This document shows positions 1-8,625 of a stretch of DNA of 64,000 nucleotides, in pieces. The stretch covers positions 6,875 through 70,874 of the forward strand of contig JBEKJG010000001.1 in assembly GCA_050011355.1 (NCBI GenBank), given 5' to 3'. The stretch is from Thermoplasmata archaeon. Its GTDB lineage: Archaea; Thermoplasmatota; Thermoplasmata; Lutacidiplasmatales; UBA184. The first letter of the stretch is position 1. The number at the start of each line of letters is the position of its first letter. A model generated the notes under the pieces. The model saw nothing but the letters and a program-made list of their open reading frames with translations. It ran no database searches and was not told the origin of the DNA. A program made the translations under genes and the position numbers.

Positions 1-408
1 GACGGGCCGACGACGCAGGTCTTCCCGTGGACCCAGGTAGTCTACCCTGTGACCGTCCGCGAGACCGGATTGCCCCCGAAGGAATCCTGGTCGGTGACCC
101 TCGACGGGATTTCGCGGAACGGCTCGTCGGGGTCGGCCTCGTTCGAGCTGCCCAACGGGACGTACACGTTCAGTGTCACACTGCCCGCCGGGTACGCTGC
201 GAACGCGACGTCCGGCCCGGTCCGGGTCGAGGGCGCCCCGGCCCTGGTCGTACTGACCGTTCTGGCTGAGGGCCTGAACGGGGCGCTGGCTCACGGAACG
301 CTCTCGACCTCCCAGGTGCTGGAGGTTGTCGCGGTGGCCGTCCTGGTCGTTGGCGCGGGCATTCTATGGGTACGGGACCGGAGGAACCGGGGCCCACCCA
401 CCCCTTGA
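1..408 (+). CDS. C-terminal fragment of a cell-surface protein (beta-sandwich 'GLPxxxSWSVTLxG' module plus TM anchor); 5' end lies outside the window
   Basis: Frame 1 is open from nt 1. It translates ...VYPVTVRETGLPPKESWSVTLDGISRNGSSGSASFELPNGTYTFSVTLPAGYAANATSGPVRVEG..., then a hydrophobic helix VVAVAVLVVGAGILWV followed by RDRRNR. The module is paralogous to the two modules at 6327-6806. Confidence 0.7.
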   Translation, partial: DGPTTQVFPWTQVVYPVTVRETGLPPKESWSVTLDGISRNGSSGSASFELPNGTYTFSVTLPAGYAANATSGPVRVEGAPALVVLTVLAEGLNGALAHGTLSTSQVLEVVAVAVLVVGAGILWVRDRRNRGPPTP

Positions 409-487
409 TCCGAGTCGACCTCGATCTCTCCGGCGTCCGATCCGGCCGTTCCCAAGCCTCTTAGGCCCGGGCCGCCTCACGGTACCC

Positions 488-868
488 ATGTCGTCTCAGG
501 GAATCGGCCGACTTCCTCTGGGTGTTGCGCTGCTGGCCATCTTGGTCGGGATCTTCGGTTTCTTCGTGTTCGTCGTCGGTGCACTCCTACTGCTCTTCGG
601 GACCGCGATCACCCTCGGTGGCGCCAGCGGGGTCGGGGTCTTCGGGATCGGTGGAGTCATCGGCGGCCTGATTGTCCTCATTGTCGGACTCGTCATCCTG
701 GCCGTGGCGGTCGGGCTCTGGAACCAGGAGCTCTGGGCCCTGGTCCTCGCGATCCTCGTCTTGCTGTTCTACGGTGCCGTGGAGCTGTTCTCCCGGTCGT
801 GGGTGGCGTTGATCATCGTGGTCCTTCTGCTCGTCTACCTCGTCGCGGTGTCGAAGCACTTCAACTGA
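488..868 (+). CDS. small integral membrane protein (about 4 TM helices), family unassigned
   Basis: ATG at 488 inside listed ORF 326..868. MSSQGIGRLPLGVALLAILVGIFGFFVFVVGALLLLFG... has four Gly/Val/Leu-rich hydrophobic spans. The ORF part upstream of 488 is Pro/Arg-rich and looks non-coding. Confidence 0.6.
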   Translation: MSSQGIGRLPLGVALLAILVGIFGFFVFVVGALLLLFGTAITLGGASGVGVFGIGGVIGGLIVLIVGLVILAVAVGLWNQELWALVLAILVLLFYGAVELFSRSWVALIIVVLLLVYLVAVSKHFN

Positions 869-1281
869 GACGGTCGACCGCCACTGCCGAAGGGCGGGTA
901 ACTCGTAGGAAGGGCTCCGTCCGCGTCCAGGTTCAAACGCGGTGCACCGCCGCCGGCGGAATGGAGCCGCACGAATTCCCGTCGCGATCCCCAAGACCCG
1001 CCCCCCACGGGCCGGCCGCGGGACTTGCTACAGGGTCCACCATTCCGGGAATGGTCGGAAAAACTAACGCCCGGAGGTCTGGGCGGCCCGAGTCTGGGAA
1101 CGAAGTGGGGTCGGTCCCTCGGAGGATCACGGGACTCGGGGCAGCTCGGTACCGATACCCCACCGGGTCGGATCCTACCGATTCGCCCCGGCACCGCACT
1201 TTGGCAGATCGACGACGGTGGAGCGTCTGAGGAAGGCAGCGCCGCGACTTCTCGACCGGCCCGATTCCGGTCAGGGCTGCA

Positions 1282-2268
1282 TCACATCGGCGAAGCGGAG
1301 GGGAGCCGGAGGAACCCGGCACGGAGGTGCATCTCCCCCGTCGTGCGGTCGATCTCGCCGTGTACTCCATACGCCCGTCGGCCAGCCGCCTGGGACACTA
1401 TGTACCACCAGACCTCGTACGCCGATCCTTTCTCGACTGCCTCGCCGAAATGGTAACTCTCGGCGAGCCACTCGCTCTCCGCCATCGCGGGAAGATACGT
1501 GCGTTCGAGCGCCGCGTGCGCGGAGGGCACCGGGCCGGGCGCGGGCGGGACCTTGGCCACGTCCAGGCTGCGGTCCGAACCGGCCGGGCCGGAACCGAGG
1601 GAGAGACGGCGGAACCGGATTCGGTAGCGGTCCGGAGCATCATTCTCGTCCAGGAGGAGCCACTTCCCGGGGTTCGTGCTCGGGAGGACTTCCGAGTAGC
1701 CGAGTTGTCGCCGAAGGATGCCCGCTCTCCAGCGGGCGAGACCGCGGAGGAGGAGGTAGCCTCCGTAGACCCCCACGAGGATCCAGGCGGTCTCCTCCCA
1801 AACACCGAACGGCACCGCCCCGTGCTCCAGGATCAGTACGACCAGCGTGACGGCGGTAAGGGCCATCGTGACGAGGCTCACCGCGACATCCGCGTTCAGG
1901 CGGAGGGACCTTCCCGAGAACGGCAGGAGCGGGCGAACGGCGTAGTTCGTGAAGCCGTCCAGCGCGAGGTGGGAGAGTCCGCCGATCTCCATGGCGACGA
2001 AGTAGAGCAGGGTCGAAGAGTGGGTGAAGTACGGCAGGTAGGGCACCAGCACGCTGCCGAGCGCGGCGATGACCGTCACGCCGACGACGGTGTGCACGGC
2101 GCCCCGGTGATGAAGCGCGGGAAACCACCGTGTGAGCGGAAAGAGCAGCACGTCGGCGTCGGGAAGGCCCCCTGCGAGAGCTCCGGCGGCGATGAACTGG
2201 GGGGCGGCCGGCCCCCAGATGATGAACGAGAGGAGATAGGCGAAAATGACGTGGGTAAAAAGGTCCAC
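1282..2268 (-). CDS. membrane-bound metal-dependent hydrolase (YdjM/DUF457-like) with a soluble C-terminal extension
   Basis: Motifs VDLFTHVIFAYLL, GGLPDADVL, HHRGAVHTVVG and SHLALDGFTN lie in hydrophobic context. The GTG at 2268 is preceded by AGGAG (7-nt spacer) and an AT-rich CATAAT box. The listed TTG start at 2553 would add 95 non-hydrophobic residues and is less likely. Confidence 0.65.
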   Translation of the reverse strand: MDLFTHVIFAYLLSFIIWGPAAPQFIAAGALAGGLPDADVLLFPLTRWFPALHHRGAVHTVVGVTVIAALGSVLVPYLPYFTHSSTLLYFVAMEIGGLSHLALDGFTNYAVRPLLPFSGRSLRLNADVAVSLVTMALTAVTLVVLILEHGAVPFGVWEETAWILVGVYGGYLLLRGLARWRAGILRRQLGYSEVLPSTNPGKWLLLDENDAPDRYRIRFRRLSLGSGPAGSDRSLDVAKVPPAPGPVPSAHAALERTYLPAMAESEWLAESYHFGEAVEKGSAYEVWWYIVSQAAGRRAYGVHGEIDRTTGEMHLRAGFLRLPSASPM

Positions 2269-2597
2269 AGCGGGGCTCCTGCTGGCCGTAGGGATTCCGG
2301 CCTGCGGATTATGTTGACCATCGACCGGACGGTCGTCCCGGCGGACGAGAGGGTCGTAGGATTCGGGCGCCACGCTCCGCAGGGCCGGAGGCTCGTCCTT
2401 CGCATCGAAGCGTAGTGGGGCCGGTTCCGTGCCGTCACGGTTCGCACTCCTGAGGAAGCGGCCGGGCCAGCGTTCTTCCTGGGCCGCGAGCACCCTCTCA
2501 ATCGGGACCCACCGATCCTCCGATCGAGTCTCCGGCCGCGCGGTCCCCGTCAATGCGTGACGTGGAATGAGTATCGTGCCGGGCGGGGTCGCCCGAC

Positions 2598-2903
2598 ATG
2601 CGATCCTCGGTGCGAGGAATCGTCCCTGCGGAAGACGTCAACAAGCTCGGTGCGTCCGGTGGACCGGGCCAGATCATCGGTCATCTCGTGACGCGATTCA
2701 ATCCCGAGGCGGCGTCCTCGAACTACGGGAAGCGGGAGGTCATCCTCGGGTTCGAACTCGAGACCCCTGCGAAGCAGGCCGAGTTCATGATGCTCTGGTC
2801 CCGGTGGTTCGGGAACCACGCCGAGGAGCCCCCGATCCACCCGATGTCGGAGACCCCGAAGGTAGCCAAGGAAGCTATCGCCCGCGCGGACAAGGCGCCC
2901 TGA
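2598..2903 (+). CDS. hypothetical protein (101 aa)
   Basis: ATG start with G/C-ending codons throughout and a normal amino-acid composition (…VILGFELETPAKQAEFMMLWSRWFGNH…). The antisense ORF 2550..2975 is Arg/Gly/Pro-rich. No family recognised. Confidence 0.5.
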   Translation: MRSSVRGIVPAEDVNKLGASGGPGQIIGHLVTRFNPEAASSNYGKREVILGFELETPAKQAEFMMLWSRWFGNHAEEPPIHPMSETPKVAKEAIARADKAP

Positions 2904-2908
2904 TTTTT
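2904..2908 (+). terminator. oligo-T tract directly after a stop codon (candidate archaeal terminator)
   Basis: TGA(2901-2903) is followed by TTTTT. T5 runs are very rare in this GC-rich window. Confidence 0.3.
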
Positions 2909-3000
2909 CCAAGGGGTCCCGACCCCGAGTGGCTCCGCTCGGGGTCCAGCACCCCAGCCGGCCTCCGGAACCCACCCTCCACGGCCCGGCGGAGTGTGCG

Positions 3001-3276
3001 TTACGTCTTTTTCCCGCGGGTCCGGTTCCGGGCCTGCAGGCTCTCGTTGGCCCGGGTCATTCGCTGACGGGTCGCCCGGCTGATGCGTCGGCCGCCCCGC
3101 TCGACACCCCGACCGATCTTCTTCCCAACCCGCTCGGCGTCCCGACCAACCGTCTTTCCGTTCCTCACGATCTCCTCACCGGCCCAGAGGATGCCCCTCT
3201 GCACGTCCTGGCTGATGGTTCGGGTCCTGGTCGCGACCTTCCTCTCGATCCGCTTGATGCGCTGATTGCTCGACAT
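3001..3276 (-). CDS. small highly basic hypothetical protein (91 aa)
   Basis: Internal ATG at 3276 of listed ORF 3001..3420. MSSNQRIKRIERKVATRTRTISQDVQRGILWAGEEIVRNGKTVGRDAERVGKKIGRGVERGGRRISR... Codons are mostly G/C-ending. No family recognised. Confidence 0.5.
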   Translation of the reverse strand: MSSNQRIKRIERKVATRTRTISQDVQRGILWAGEEIVRNGKTVGRDAERVGKKIGRGVERGGRRISRATRQRMTRANESLQARNRTRGKKT

Positions 3277-3458
3277 ACTGGGTTCCTTCTTCTGGCAGGA
3301 ATACGATCGGGCCCGTAGGGTTAGCCACCCCCTCAATCCGAGTTGAGCACGTTCCGGGTCGAGTGCGTGCCTGCACGAGCCGGTGGGGCTCGCCCGACGA
3401 CGGTCATCTCGGTCCCGCAACGGGCCACGGCGCGTTGATGCGTCGGCGGCACTTCGAC

Positions 3459-3863
3459 CTACATCGGCGGGTTGTTCTGCCAGACCATCAGGAGGTTCCC
3501 TTCGGTGTCCTTGAAGAAGGCCGCCGCTCCAAACGGTTCGTAGGCGATGGGGCCGTCAATCCGCGTGTCCGGGCCGAGGCGCTGAGCCCGCTGAAACTTG
3601 ACGCCCTTCTGCTTAAGTCCCTTCACAAAGCTCTTGATGTTCGTGGTCAGGATGGTGGAGTAGGCCAGGGTTCGCTTCTCGCGCTTCTGGGGCGCGATCA
3701 GCCAAACCCAGTCGCCGCCGAGCTGGATGGCGGCCCAACCGTCCTTCATGTCCCCCTCGCCTCGGGTTCGGAGCTTTGCGCCCAGGGACTTGGTGTAGAA
3801 CTTGAGCGCACGGTCCATGTTCTTGATCGGCATCAATGTCGCCACACGCACTTTGGAAACCAT
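3459..3863 (-). CDS. VOC/glyoxalase-bleomycin-resistance family protein
   Basis: ATG at 3863 inside ORF 3459..4088. MVSKVRVATLMPIKNMDRALKFYTKSLGAKL...FFKDTEGNLLMVWQ is the typical beta-alpha-beta-beta-beta VOC signature, at about 134 aa. Confidence 0.7.
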   Translation of the reverse strand: MVSKVRVATLMPIKNMDRALKFYTKSLGAKLRTRGEGDMKDGWAAIQLGGDWVWLIAPQKREKRTLAYSTILTTNIKSFVKGLKQKGVKFQRAQRLGPDTRIDGPIAYEPFGAAAFFKDTEGNLLMVWQNNPPM

Positions 3864-4179
3864 TCTTCCCACTCCTCGCGGCCCCCCTCCCCCGGGGGGG
3901 CTATCCGCGCCCACGAGCGGGCAGGATATCAGGCTTCGCGGAGCCGGTCTCGTGGCACGCGCCTCCGTGGGGTCCGGCAACGGATGGGGGGCCTCATTTG
4001 GGAAGCGCGAAGAGAGTCGTGCGGGGCCTTTGAAGAAGGACAAACAACTCGCGCCCGGTCCGGAAGACGTGGCCACGGCGCGGAACACGATTCCCTACCG
4101 CGCGGAGTGCGGAATTCTCCCGCTGGGTTCGCCAAGGGACTGAGCCCGGCAATTCCGGCCGGGCAAGACTCCCCATACC

Positions 4180-4185
4180 CTTAAG
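4180..4185 (+). promoter_or_regulatory. TATA-like box (CTTAAG) upstream of the YVTN surface-protein gene
   Basis: An isolated AT-rich hexamer in GC-rich DNA, about 35 nt upstream of the ATG at 4218. It is the same TTAAG(G) core seen upstream of other genes here. Confidence 0.3.
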
Positions 4186-4217
4186 CAAGGTTGGACGGAT
4201 GGCGCGCGGGTTTCCGA

Positions 4218-7046
4218 ATGAGCGTCAGCAGCCGGCCCGGCTTCCCGAACGGCACGTTCGGGTGGCTGGTCATTGTCGTGGTATGTGGTCTCACCGTGAT
4301 CTCGGCCGTTGGCGTTGGTATCGGGGGTGAGGCGGGCCATTCGCCTTTCGGGGGGCCGCGCACCGCCCACGGCGTGACCTCTGCGGCGCACGGAAAAGGG
4401 CAAGCCCCGACCGCCTCCGCTACCGCGCCCTCCCACTGCCAGGGCGGGTCTGCGCACGGAGGATGTGAGGCGTCCCCCGCTTCCTCCTTCATTCCGTTTG
4501 TCGAGAAGACCTTCGTGGAGGCCAACGGCACGAGCGTCCCCGGGAACTTCCTCGCGGCCAACGGTCTCGAGCCGAAGGACGTGGCCTACGTCAGCGCGAA
4601 CGGCATGATCTATTCGGTGGACTACGGCTCCGCCAGCTTGAGCATCATCAACCCGGCCACCAACAAGGTCGTCGGCGGCATTCAACTGGCGTTCGGCCTT
4701 TCGGCGGTTACCTACGATCCGGCCCTCGGCGAACTGTTCGTTTCCGATGGAGTGGGGGTAGTCGTCGTCAACGTGACCACGAACACCGTGGTGACCAACA
4801 TCACTACCCAAGACGGAGCGTGGGGCGTGGCGTACGACCCTGTGACCCACACGGTCTACGTCGCCGACTACGACACCGCCAACGTGAGCGTCATCAGCAC
4901 CGCAACAAACTCCGTGACCGCCACCGTGCCGGTGGGCCCATATCCGGTAGGAGTCACCTACGACTCCGGGCAGGGGGAGATCTTCGTGGGGGACATCGGC
5001 CCGAGCGCCCCCGGTGTGACCATCATCAACGCCACCACCAACGAGGTCGTCGACACGGTGTACCTGGGCATGGACCCAGACTACGTCCTCTACGACCCCC
5101 TGGACGGTGACGTCTACGTCGCGAACCTGTACACCATCACGGTTCTGAACGGCACCACCGACGCGGTGGTCGTGAACTTCACGATGAACGGCTTCGCGGG
5201 GGAGTTCACGTTCGACAGCGGGAAGGGCGAGATCTTCGCCTCGATCAGTACCGGGAACCTGAGCATCTTCGACGCCGCGTCCAATGCCCTCCTGGGCAAC
5301 GTCAGTCTCGGCTCGGCGACCGCGACCGGGTTCGGCGGTTTGGCGTACGACGGCGCCCAAGGCGAGATCTTCGCCACGGGGCAGGTCTTCACCGTACAGG
5401 TCGTCTCCGACACCACCGACACCGTGGTCGCCAACGTGACCGTCGGGTTCACGCCCTGGGCGACGGCCTTCGACTCGGCGAAGAATGAACTGTTCGTCAC
5501 CGGATGGCAATACTCGAACACCGTCCAAGTCCTCTCCACGGTGAGCGACCAGATCGTCGCCAACGTCACCGCGGGGGCCAACCCGTACGAGGCGGTCTAC
5601 GATTCCGGGCGGGGCGAGGTCTGGGTCGCGAACTCGGGCTCCGACTCGATCAGCGTGATCAACGACACGAACGACAGTGTGGTCGCCACGATTTCCGCCT
5701 TCCCGGGTCAGAATGCGATGGCCTACGATGCGGCCGACGGCGAGATCCTGATCGTGAACGCGTTCGGGGGAGAGGTCACCGCGATCAACGACACGAACTT
5801 CACCGTGAGCGCCTCGACCACCGCGGTGCTCGACCCGTACGCCCTGGCGTACGATGGCGGCCGCGGTCAGATCTTCGTCTCGAGCTACGGCAGCTCGAAC
5901 GTCACCGTCCTCAATGCCGCGACCCTCGCGTTCGTGGCCAACATCACGTTACCCGCACCGGCGTACCTCCTGGGGTACGACAACGGTGCGGGCGAGGTGT
6001 TCGCCGCGACCGGCTTTGGACTCGTCCGGAACATCACGACCATCTCCGATGCCACGGACTCCGTCGTGGGCTCCGTGCGGGTCAGCACCACCCAGGGCGG
6101 GTTCGCCTACGACCCCATGACCGGAGAAGAATTCGCGACCGATTCGTTCGTCGGGGATGGGCGCATCACGGCCAACGTCTCCGTCCTCTCCGACACGACC
6201 AACACGATCGTGGCCAACGTATCGGTCGGGAGTTATCCCGCGGGGGTCTCGTTCGACGCGGCGACGGATCAGATGTTCGTGGCCAACTACGAACAGGGAA
6301 CGATCTCGGTCATCGCCGAGGAACCGATCTCCACGGTCACGTTCTCCGAAACGGGGCTGAAGTCGGGCACCACGTGGTCCGTCACCTTGAACGGCACGAA
6401 GCAGGTCTCGTCCGGCTCGTCCATCGTCTTCGACCAGGCGAACGGCACGGTCTCGTTCACGGTAGGCGCGGTTGCCGGGTACACGGCGAACCCGACCTCG
6501 GGGATGGTCACCGTCGCGGGCGTCGACCTCACAAGAACGATACAGTTCACCGCGTCGGCGAGCGTGACCCCCCCGACCTACCCCGTGACCTTCACCGAGG
6601 GCGGACTACCCTCGGGGACCTCCTGGTCCGTCACGCTGAATGGGACTCCTCAGAGCTCGACCTCCGCGTCGATGGTCTTCGATGTGGCGAACGGTACGCT
6701 CTCCTACACCGTCGGAGCGGTCTCCGGGTATACGATCGGGCAGGCCTCCGGAACGATCACCGTGGCCGGCCACTCGGTGTCGGAAACGGTCCAGTTCACC
6801 TCGACCGGCGGCGCCCCACCGACGGGGAAGAACAACAGTACGTCCTCCGCCTCGGTGCTGGGCCTACCTCCGGTGGAGGGGTATCTCCTGATCGCCCTGA
6901 TCATCGTGGTTCTCGCCATCCTTGCGGCGGTCGCGATCTGGTCGCGCAATCGGAAGAAGGTGGCCCCCAATCCCCCCTCCGCAGCGGACCCGTCCAACGC
7001 GCCGGCGCCACCCCCGGGCGCGGGTGGCCCGCCGCCCTCGCCGTAG
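4218..7046 (+). CDS. large cell-surface protein: signal/TM segment, about 15 or more YVTN-type beta-propeller repeats, two beta-sandwich modules, TM anchor, Pro-rich tail
   Basis: A recurring ~40-aa unit such as YVADYDTANVSVISTATNSVTATVPVGPYPVGVTYDSGQGEIFV (YVTN family pattern) and many NxS/T sequons. The C-terminal helix LLIALIIVVLAILAAVAIW is followed by SRNRKK. ATG at 4218; the listed TTG at 4191 is also possible. Confidence 0.85.
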   Translation: MSVSSRPGFPNGTFGWLVIVVVCGLTVISAVGVGIGGEAGHSPFGGPRTAHGVTSAAHGKGQAPTASATAPSHCQGGSAHGGCEASPASSFIPFVEKTFVEANGTSVPGNFLAANGLEPKDVAYVSANGMIYSVDYGSASLSIINPATNKVVGGIQLAFGLSAVTYDPALGELFVSDGVGVVVVNVTTNTVVTNITTQDGAWGVAYDPVTHTVYVADYDTANVSVISTATNSVTATVPVGPYPVGVTYDSGQGEIFVGDIGPSAPGVTIINATTNEVVDTVYLGMDPDYVLYDPLDGDVYVANLYTITVLNGTTDAVVVNFTMNGFAGEFTFDSGKGEIFASISTGNLSIFDAASNALLGNVSLGSATATGFGGLAYDGAQGEIFATGQVFTVQVVSDTTDTVVANVTVGFTPWATAFDSAKNELFVTGWQYSNTVQVLSTVSDQIVANVTAGANPYEAVYDSGRGEVWVANSGSDSISVINDTNDSVVATISAFPGQNAMAYDAADGEILIVNAFGGEVTAINDTNFTVSASTTAVLDPYALAYDGGRGQIFVSSYGSSNVTVLNAATLAFVANITLPAPAYLLGYDNGAGEVFAATGFGLVRNITTISDATDSVVGSVRVSTTQGGFAYDPMTGEEFATDSFVGDGRITANVSVLSDTTNTIVANVSVGSYPAGVSFDAATDQMFVANYEQGTISVIAEEPISTVTFSETGLKSGTTWSVTLNGTKQVSSGSSIVFDQANGTVSFTVGAVAGYTANPTSGMVTVAGVDLTRTIQFTASASVTPPTYPVTFTEGGLPSGTSWSVTLNGTPQSSTSASMVFDVANGTLSYTVGAVSGYTIGQASGTITVAGHSVSETVQFTSTGGAPPTGKNNSTSSASVLGLPPVEGYLLIALIIVVLAILAAVAIWSRNRKKVAPNPPSAADPSNAPAPPPGAGGPPPSP
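6327..6806 (+). repeat. tandem duplication of a ~80-aa protein module (TFxExGLxSGTxWSVTLNGT...NGTxSxTVGAVxGYT...G.xTVAG...QFT)
   Basis: Module 1 spans about 6327-6556 and module 2 about 6576-6806. They align residue by residue (VTFSETGLKSGTTWSVTLNGT / VTFTEGGLPSGTSWSVTLNGT). A third copy lies in the partial gene at about 40-270. Confidence 0.75.
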
Positions 7047-7245
7047 GGGGGCCAGGTCCGATCGGGTCGGTCCTCCTCGAGGCCCTACCGGATGTAGATC
7101 TCGAACAGGTGGCCAACTCGTCCCCAGAGTGCGGAGAGCCTCCCCCGAGCCCAAGGTTCGGGGAGACCCGAAGGACGGAGAGCCGACCGACTCCTGCATC
7201 CGAGAGGGCACCGTCGAGGGAACCGGAAGGAACCCCGAGACGGGG

Positions 7246-8625
7246 CTACGGAGTGGGGGGAGAACCTGCCGTCCGCGGGAATCGGACCACCGGGGTTCGG
7301 ACCAGGAGCAAACCCGCGAGAAGCGCGGCCCCCGCGACCAGACACAGGTACCAACCCAACGACGGTCCCCAAGAGGCTTGGAGCGTTTCTCCGTTGAGCA
7401 GGGAGACATCACAGCCCGACCCCGAGCAGGAGCCGAAGAAGCTGGTCCTCGGCGAAGGGCCCGTGGCATTCCCCGACCCACCAGAATTCGTAGACTCCGA
7501 GTTCAGGATGCTCGGCTGCGACGCGAGCACGACGGTCGGTGCGAGTAGGATCAGGAGCGCTGCGACCACGATGAGCATGGCGGGCAATCCGGTCCGACGC
7601 TTCGGTCGGAGCCACGTGAGCGCCGTAGCCACCAGGGCCAGAACGATGGCCGCGATGACGAAGCACGCGACGCCCGTGTAGAGTGTTCCAAGATTGTTCA
7701 GTCCCGATCCGGAGTAGGGGGCCGTGCTGGTGCCGTTCGCCGTGCAATACGCCGACCCGGTACACGAGAAGTCGGTGGCGACCTGATCGAGCGGGTAGAA
7801 CGTTTCCCGGATATTGATGCTGACCGAGCTGCCGTAGACCGCATCGGACCCCGTCGCCGAGATCGAGTACCAGCCGACAAGGAGCGTGACCACCATGAGG
7901 GCCACGCCGAGGAGCAGCAGCACGCTTCCCAGGGTGGCTCGTCGAGAGGCGCGATGCTTCGTCCCATAGGCCCCGGCGATCGTGGGGGAGCCCGATCGTT
8001 CGGAATGGCCGTAGACTCCCAGGGAGGCGTCGCGAGGTTGGTCCGCTTCTGGAGCTACGGCCGGGACGGGAAGGAAGGGGTCCCGGCCGGTGTGCAGCGG
8101 CACGCCGCACTTCCAGCAGAACGCGCCGGTCGTATCCACTGCCGCGCCACAATTGCCGCACAACGGGGGCTGGAGGTCCGGGGCCGGGGCCGAAACCGCG
8201 CGCACGACCGAGGACGGATCGCTTGGGCGTGAACGGACCTCGGGACCGAGCGCCCCCATCGGGATGTACGGACGTTCGGGCGGCGGAGCCTCCAACCCGG
8301 CTCCGACCGGGGCCCCACATTGCCAACACGTCGCGCTCTGAGGGTCGAACGGGGCGCCGCAGCTCTCGCACGTCGGGGTCTTGGCTACCGGTCGGGGCAG
8401 GGGCGAACCGCAATGGGTGCAGAACGGCCAGTCCGGGTGGACCTGCGCGTGGCACTTGGGGCACGAGGGTGATCCGGCCGACACTTCGCCCCGAGGGTGG
8501 AATCTGTCGGTCCCGGAAGATAAATCACTCGGCGGTGCCGCTCGCGCGGGATATCGTGGACCGGCGGAGATGAACTCAAGAAGTGCAGGGCTTCTGGTGG
8601 GTCTCCCGACCTGGGTAGGACCCAT
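7246..8625 (-). CDS. membrane protein with three tandem N-terminal (cytoplasmic) zinc ribbons, about 5 TM-like spans and a Ser/Thr/Gly-rich extracytoplasmic region
   Basis: CPKCHAQV..FCTHCG, CESCGAPF..TCWQCG and CGNCGAAV..FCWKCG, followed by hydrophobic helices (LGSVLLLLGVALMVVTLLVGWY etc.). The start is uncertain: the ATG at 8625 collides with the divergent ATG at 8624. The GTG at 8484, with a TTTATC box about 35 nt upstream, is an alternative. Confidence 0.7.
   Translation of the reverse strand: MGPTQVGRPTRSPALLEFISAGPRYPARAAPPSDLSSGTDRFHPRGEVSAGSPSCPKCHAQVHPDWPFCTHCGSPLPRPVAKTPTCESCGAPFDPQSATCWQCGAPVGAGLEAPPPERPYIPMGALGPEVRSRPSDPSSVVRAVSAPAPDLQPPLCGNCGAAVDTTGAFCWKCGVPLHTGRDPFLPVPAVAPEADQPRDASLGVYGHSERSGSPTIAGAYGTKHRASRRATLGSVLLLLGVALMVVTLLVGWYSISATGSDAVYGSSVSINIRETFYPLDQVATDFSCTGSAYCTANGTSTAPYSGSGLNNLGTLYTGVACFVIAAIVLALVATALTWLRPKRRTGLPAMLIVVAALLILLAPTVVLASQPSILNSESTNSGGSGNATGPSPRTSFFGSCSGSGCDVSLLNGETLQASWGPSLGWYLCLVAGAALLAGLLLVRTPVVRFPRTAGSPPTP

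Noticed and set aside
869-1281. Looked for SRP RNA, RNase P RNA, a tRNA or a C/D-box sRNA in the long spacer.
   Set aside because: None of the diagnostic elements was found on either strand. I did not find the SRP helix-8 GGAAGG-AGCA motifs, an RNase P CR-I/CR-V, a 5-bp T-stem around the GGTTCAAAC sequence, or RUGAUGA/CUGA boxes at the proper spacing. The region is kept only as a low-interest finding.
2269-2553. A 95-codon N-terminal extension of the DUF457 hydrolase from the listed TTG start.
   Set aside because: The family normally begins right at the first TM/His motif. A GTG at 2268 has an AGGAG Shine-Dalgarno-like site and an AT-rich box upstream, and the extension has no hydrophobic or conserved-looking features.
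3886-3902. A C-run/G-run palindrome (CCCCCGGGGG) upstream of the VOC gene.
   Set aside because: Such homopolymer palindromes are expected by chance at this GC content. It has no positional relation to a start or stop that would suggest function.
4095-7681. Long ORFs 4095..5528 (-) and 5504..7681 (+) overlapping the YVTN surface-protein gene.
   Set aside because: They are off-frame or antisense to a gene with clear repeat structure. Their translations are Arg/Gly/His/Asp-rich low-complexity sequence without motifs.
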